A stretch of DNA of 64,000 bases from Planctomycetota bacterium (GTDB lineage Bacteria; Planctomycetota; GCA-002687715; CAIWVZ01), in the NCBI GenBank assembly GCA_044222185.1, contig JBGANV010000003.1:1-64000 (forward strand). The letters are read 5' to 3'. The translations under genes and the position numbers were made by a program. Under the pieces are notes generated by a model. The model was not told where the DNA came from, did not search any database, and saw only the letters and a program-made list of their open reading frames with translations. The first letter of the stretch is position 1. Each line of letters starts with the position of its first letter. Below, in pieces: positions 59,047-64,000 of this stretch.

Positions 59047-62000
59047 TCAGCCGCCCTCGGCCGCGCGCTGCTTGACGCGGTCCTTGTTGTCCTTGTAGGC
59101 CTTCGTCTTCTTGTACTTGTCGGCGAGTTGCTTGTAGAGCTTCGCCGCGTCGGCCTTCTTGCCGTCCGTGTACAGCTTGTCGGCCTCCGTCAGCACGTCC
59201 TTGGCCTTCTTCTCGTCCTCGCCACCGAAGAGACCTCCGAGGGCGTCCTTGATCTCGTCCTCGGGCTTCTTCTGCGGCGGCGGCTGGTTGCCGGGCTGGG
59301 CCCCGGGCTGCGGAGGTGTGTTCCCGGAGGTGGCCGGCTGCGACGTCGGCTTCCCGGGCGCCGGCGGATTCACGGGGTTCTGTCCCCCCTGCGGCGTCGG
59401 CGGTGGCGTCGGCGGAGGCTTGGGCTTGCCACCGAGGAGATCGCCGAGGCCGGGGACCTTGTTGCCGAGCTTGTCCCCGATGGCTCCCGTGAGCTGCTTG
59501 GTCGCGGCCTGTTTCGCCAGGTCCGCGAGCACGTCCTCGGCCTTGAGCTTCGGCGCGGACGAGCTGCCCGTCACCGGGATCTTGATGACGTTGCCTTTCA
59601 TCACGTTGAGGAACGCATACTTGGAAACGAGAGCGTCGGTCACCGGCACGTTCCACGAGAGGTCGAGCGACTTGTCGAGGCCGATGGAGCCCGTCCAGGT
59701 CGTCTGCTGTCCGGCGATCGCCATGGGGATTGCCTTGTCGTAGAAGAGGCGCCCCTGTTTGATCGTGAACTCGATCGGATCGAGCTGCATCGCGCCCGGG
59801 TCGGCGGCGCCCAGCATGGAGAGGAGCTGCCCGACCATGTTCGTTCCCTTCACCGCCAGGTCGTTGATGGCGATTCGGCCCGAGCCATCGATTCCCTGTT
59901 TGGGCAGTGCGTCCCACCCGCCGTTCAACGTCTCGTTCGTGATCTGGCCCTTGTAGGACATGTCCAGCTTGACGTCGAGGAGGCCTTGGATCAGGCCTCC
60001 CGCACCGGCCTCCGTCACGGCGAAGATCGGATTGATCAACGCGAGCAGCGGGGCCATCTCCTTGTTCGCGCTCCCCTTCGCCAGTGTCAGGTTCAACGTC
60101 GACGTGGCGTCGGCTTGCGGCCGCAGGTCGACCTTGCTGGCGGCAACGAGCGTCCCACCATTCAGCGTCATGTTCGAGTTCGCGGTGATCGCCTGGTTCT
60201 TCACGTCGAGCGTGGTGTCACCCGCCGTCTGGAAACCGGCGAAACTCACCTGCCCCAATCCGACCTTGCCCTCGGCGAGGGTGGCGCGCAGCGAGCTGAC
60301 GAGGTCATCCTTGTTGATCTTCCCGTTCAGCAAGAAGGTCACCTTCCGTTCCTCGCTCCCGCTCATCGTGCCGCTCATCCACGGCTTGATGACGGCGCCG
60401 AGCAGGTCGGGGATGTACGTGAAGTCGCCCTTGAGCTGCTTGAACTCGGGGGCCGTCTTCATGTTGTCGATGCCACCCGTGACGCCGCCGTGGATGATCT
60501 TGGAGTCGAGCTGCGTCTTGCCGATGGCGAGGCTCTGCGTCTCCGTGTCGATGTCGGCGTTGGCGACGAGGGAGATCCTTGGGTCCGTGATCGGCACCTT
60601 CTCCCCGGGGTTCTTGCCGGGCACGACGAAGCGGAACCCGTCGATGGTGGTCTGGCTGTCGAGCTTGAGCTTCCCGCCGCTCCCCTTCAGCCCGATGTTC
60701 GCCACGGTCTTGCCAGCGGCTTCGTAGCCCACGAGATTCATGGCTGCGCCGAGATCGCGGACGACGTTGGCCAGTTCGCCGTCGACCGTGACCTTCAGGT
60801 CCGCGTTCATCTTCTCCTTGCCCGTCGTCTTCCCCGTCACGGTCGCGGTCGCCGTGTTGCTCGTGAACTTGCACGTGCGGAAGTCATTCGTCTCCGCGCC
60901 AGGCGTGGAATCCGCGACGACGTCCAGGTCGATGACGGCATTCTGTTGGGTGACGACGCGGGAGGCGCCGCCAGCTTCGGCCGGCGGCATGGTGACGGTG
61001 AGGTTCGGTGCGCGGACCTGCCCCTTCACTGTCGCGCGCTTGCCCTGCATGGCGACGTCCATGCCCGTGGTCACCTGCTCGCCGGCGAGCGCGTAACCCA
61101 TGAGAAACGCCGACAGACGCCGCGTGATCTCGTTGGGCTCGATCTTCCCGTCGAGACGGAGCGTCGTGGAAGGTTGCGCGCCTTCACCGAGGAATCCCGA
61201 GGACGTTCCCGTCACGCCCACGTCGGCGCCCGGCGCCTTCAGCGCGCACTGCTTGATGTCGGCGCGCCCCGTACCCGAGCTGTTCACGAGCACGTTCGCA
61301 TCGAGGCTGATGTCCGCGCTCTGCACGCTCAGCGGCTTGTCGGCGGGTCCGTAGCCGTCGAGGGTCATCTGCTGGACGCGAAGCGATGGCACGAGTTCCA
61401 GGTCCTGGCCCTTGGACCCCGCGGTCGCGACGAGCTCCCAACGGCCCGAACCGCGGGCATTCTTCAAGTCCTCGCTGAACGGCCGCGCCATCTCGATGAG
61501 TGGAGCGACGTCGCCGTCGATCTTCAGGTTGCCGTTGGCCGTCATGCCCTCCTTCATCAGTTTCTTGATGGAGGCCGAGCCGGTGCCGTTGGCGATGTTG
61601 CTCTTCAGGTCGAACGTCCTCAGTTCGACGTCGTCGCCGAGCTTCGACGCAACGCCCTTGAAGACGAGATCCGACAGGTGGGAGGGTTTCGCCGCATCCT
61701 TTCCGCTGATGTCGAGGGAGCGGCACGAGACGGTCACGTCGCGGACGTCCGCCTCCTGCGTCGCGGATTTCATGGTCGCGTCCCACGCAAGACGCGTGTC
61801 CTTCATCACGGCGCCCGCGGGGCCGAGCGTGGGTCCGTTGACCCGGAGGTCCGGTGCTCCGAGGTCGCCCTTCACCGTCAACGCGTCGGGCGTCATCTCG
61901 AGCGTGCCCTTCGAGGTCACGTTGCCTCCGGCGAGTTGGTAACCGGCGAGCCAGTCGCCGACCTTCGCCTGGAGTTGAGCCAGGTTCGCGGTGAGGTCGT

Positions 62001-63825
62001 AGCTGACGTTGGTCCGTCGCGCGGCGGCGTCCGAAGCGCTGGCGATCGTGCCGGTCGCGTTCAGGTCGACGAGACCGGACTTGAAGTCCAGCTTCTGGAG
62101 TTTGCTCACTCCGCCGGGTGACAGGTCCAGCGTGGCGTCGTGGGACAGGCGCACGTCCAAGGGGCCCAGGTTCTTCGCGTCACTGGTGCGCAGGCGCAGT
62201 CCCGTGACGACGGCGTCGCCGGTGGTGCGTCCCGACTGCCCCTGCCCTGCGTAGCGCGCGTCCACCTTCACCTGTCCGCCGAAGGAGACCGGCAGATCCA
62301 TGAACGACGAGAGCTTCTTGGCGAGGTCGTCCAGGTTTGCGTCGACCTTCAGGAACGAGTCGGCGATCGCGCTGGATTTCGCGTCGTACCCGCCACCCGC
62401 CTTCACGGTCACGGAGCCGGCCTTCAGATCACAGGACTCGACCTTCGATTGTCCCTTGGCGTCGTACTGGGCGACGAGGTCGAGTGTCATCTGGGGGTCG
62501 ATCGGGAGCGGCTTGCCCTTGTCGTCCGTCGCCGAAAGCTGTTCCAGCTTCATGCCGATGGTCGCAGCGGCGCGCGCGAGGCCGTCGGCGTCGAGGTTGC
62601 CCTGGATGCGACAGTCGGACGTGGCGCGTCCCCCGATTCGATATCCCTGCTTCAGCTTCAGAAGACCGCCCGCAGACGCGCTGAACTTCTTGAGGTCCGC
62701 ATCCAGCAGCACCTTGGCGTCGAAGGTCCCGTCGGGCGAGGTCAATCGCTCGACGGACGCGTCCACGCCGAGCGTGAGGAAGTCGTCGACGGCGAGTGTG
62801 AGCCTGGGTTTGCCGGTCCCATTGGCGTCGAGCGTCAGATCGTCCGTGAGCTTGATCGCGTTGAAGGTGATCGGCTCGGTACCCACGGCCGGACCCGTGA
62901 CGCGCAGGCGATCGATCGTGAGGTCACCCTTGCCGCTGATCGCGCGCATGGATGCCATCTCGTACTTGCCCGAGCCGTTGGCGACGCCGCCCAGACCGGT
63001 CACCTGGGAGAAGGCGCCAGCGATGGCCGCGATGTTGTCGAAGACGAGCCGCTCGACTGCGTACCCGATCGTGCCGTGCATGCGATCGAGGTCGAGGATG
63101 CCGTCCGTCGCCACCGTGAGGTCGGCATCGACCTTCACCCCGCCGTTCGCCGAGTCCATGGCGGAGGCGCGGATGTGGATCGGCTTGTCGAAGGTGTCGA
63201 TGACGATCTCGGCTTGCAGGCTGTCGAACGTCGAGCGCCGGCCGTCCCTCGCGAGGAACGTCAGCCTGCCGTCGCGAATGGCGACGTTGGCGTGCACCAC
63301 CGGGAGCTTGGTCGGCGCCGACTTCTGTGGCGCCGGGCGCGGCTCTGCCGGCGGGGCCGAGGGCGCAGGCTTCGGCTGGGGCGGCGCCGACTGCGGTTGC
63401 GCCGGCTTCCTCTGAAGCTGCGCGATGTTCAGCGTGCCGTCCTGGTTCTGGCGCACGGAGATCTCGGGACGATCGACCCGCACCGTCGCCGAGTAGTTCC
63501 CCGACGCGGCTCCAAGGAGCCCTGCATCGACGGTGACCTGCGGGAGGCTCACGACCTTCTCGCCGTTGCGGTCGCGGATGGCGAGCCCGTCGACCTTGAC
63601 GGACGCCGGCCAGGAGAACGAGAAGTCGCCGAGCTCTGCCGACCCGGCGAGTTGCTCGTTCAACGCATTCGGGATCAACGTCCGCCCCATGGACGAAACG
63701 ACCATGGGCCCGACCACGACGACTGCGCCGATGATCACCACCAGGATGATCAGGATCCACCGCAGAACGCGGCTCTTCTTGCGGGCTGGAGTTTGGGATG
63801 CGGCTGGGTTTTTCGAGTCGATCAT
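59047..63825 (-). CDS. Large AsmA-like (bridge-type) envelope protein, 1592 aa
   Basis: N-terminal TM; chorein-N-like region (V.VDRPEISV.QN.DGTLNI..L); long amphipathic beta-strand repeats; C-terminal G.IGLD.SLDL...IPVTGS.SAPK, Pro-rich linker and helical tail. Confidence 0.8.
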   Translation of the reverse strand: MIDSKNPAASQTPARKKSRVLRWILIILVVIIGAVVVVGPMVVSSMGRTLIPNALNEQLAGSAELGDFSFSWPASVKVDGLAIRDRNGEKVVSLPQVTVDAGLLGAASGNYSATVRVDRPEISVRQNQDGTLNIAQLQRKPAQPQSAPPQPKPAPSAPPAEPRPAPQKSAPTKLPVVHANVAIRDGRLTFLARDGRRSTFDSLQAEIVIDTFDKPIHIRASAMDSANGGVKVDADLTVATDGILDLDRMHGTIGYAVERLVFDNIAAIAGAFSQVTGLGGVANGSGKYEMASMRAISGKGDLTIDRLRVTGPAVGTEPITFNAIKLTDDLTLDANGTGKPRLTLAVDDFLTLGVDASVERLTSPDGTFDAKVLLDADLKKFSASAGGLLKLKQGYRIGGRATSDCRIQGNLDADGLARAAATIGMKLEQLSATDDKGKPLPIDPQMTLDLVAQYDAKGQSKVESCDLKAGSVTVKAGGGYDAKSSAIADSFLKVDANLDDLAKKLSSFMDLPVSFGGQVKVDARYAGQGQSGRTTGDAVVTGLRLRTSDAKNLGPLDVRLSHDATLDLSPGGVSKLQKLDFKSGLVDLNATGTIASASDAAARRTNVSYDLTANLAQLQAKVGDWLAGYQLAGGNVTSKGTLEMTPDALTVKGDLGAPDLRVNGPTLGPAGAVMKDTRLAWDATMKSATQEADVRDVTVSCRSLDISGKDAAKPSHLSDLVFKGVASKLGDDVELRTFDLKSNIANGTGSASIKKLMKEGMTANGNLKIDGDVAPLIEMARPFSEDLKNARGSGRWELVATAGSKGQDLELVPSLRVQQMTLDGYGPADKPLSVQSADISLDANVLVNSSGTGRADIKQCALKAPGADVGVTGTSSGFLGEGAQPSTTLRLDGKIEPNEITRRLSAFLMGYALAGEQVTTGMDVAMQGKRATVKGQVRAPNLTVTMPPAEAGGASRVVTQQNAVIDLDVVADSTPGAETNDFRTCKFTSNTATATVTGKTTGKEKMNADLKVTVDGELANVVRDLGAAMNLVGYEAAGKTVANIGLKGSGGKLKLDSQTTIDGFRFVVPGKNPGEKVPITDPRISLVANADIDTETQSLAIGKTQLDSKIIHGGVTGGIDNMKTAPEFKQLKGDFTYIPDLLGAVIKPWMSGTMSGSEERKVTFLLNGKINKDDLVSSLRATLAEGKVGLGQVSFAGFQTAGDTTLDVKNQAITANSNMTLNGGTLVAASKVDLRPQADATSTLNLTLAKGSANKEMAPLLALINPIFAVTEAGAGGLIQGLLDVKLDMSYKGQITNETLNGGWDALPKQGIDGSGRIAINDLAVKGTNMVGQLLSMLGAADPGAMQLDPIEFTIKQGRLFYDKAIPMAIAGQQTTWTGSIGLDKSLDLSWNVPVTDALVSKYAFLNVMKGNVIKIPVTGSSSAPKLKAEDVLADLAKQAATKQLTGAIGDKLGNKVPGLGDLLGGKPKPPPTPPPTPQGGQNPVNPPAPGKPTSQPATSGNTPPQPGAQPGNQPPPQKKPEDEIKDALGGLFGGEDEKKAKDVLTEADKLYTDGKKADAAKLYKQLADKYKKTKAYKDNKDRVKQRAAEGG

Positions 63826-63899
63826 GGTCGGTGTCTCCGCCCGGAGGCTGCAGGTGTCGTGCCAGGCCTCACGGTGCCGAGTGGAATCTGCGTCTGCCT

Positions 63900-63939
63900 A
63901 ACAAACCGGCGCTGCGTCCGCGGACCGGAGGCAGCGCCG
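63900..63939 (-). terminator. Intrinsic terminator candidate on the minus strand
   Basis: CGGCGCTGC (63907-15) pairs with GCAGCGCCG (63931-39), with inner TCCG/CGGA pairing, followed on the minus strand by GTTTGTT. Confidence 0.55.
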
Positions 63940-64000
63940 ATTCAGCAATTGGAGTGCCGGCGCGCGCGATGCGCGCCGGGCTCACCCTTGCGGGTGATCA

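Noticed and set aside
58984-62121. 1045-aa plus-strand ORF
   Set aside because: Antisense shadow of the AsmA-like gene.

Overview
High-GC bacterial DNA with about 30 protein-coding genes and no rRNA, tRNA or CRISPR array. The gene content suggests Planctomycetota (DUF6288-like protein, large TPR Ser/Thr kinases, exported W-repeat beta-propellers with a shared C-terminal domain); this is an inference. From left to right: a probable IS21-type terminus; several exported propeller/Ig-type proteins; a stand-alone di-iron MBL protein; exported katG; a tandem SASA-esterase/DUF6288 pair; a stress cluster (PRC-barrel, cyclic beta-1,2-glucan synthase, USP, degenerate PP2C, PA2169-like protein behind a sigma-54 promoter, sigma-54 activator); two Ser/Thr kinases; a methyltransferase; a dgcN-dgcA-D-aminoacylase operon; an exported thioredoxin-fold selenoprotein; a MauG-type di-heme enzyme; a TetR-TolC-MFP-RND operon; DUF1569; rsmE; YihY; and a 1592-aa AsmA-like protein. 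The strongest hidden signal is the selenoprotein, which the ORF track splits in two at an in-frame UGA (U-P-P-C motif) followed by a SECIS-like hairpin. Next are the recurrent C-terminal domain on unrelated exported proteins and the D-aminoacylase variant of the Dgc pathway. All family calls come from motif recognition by eye, not from database searches.
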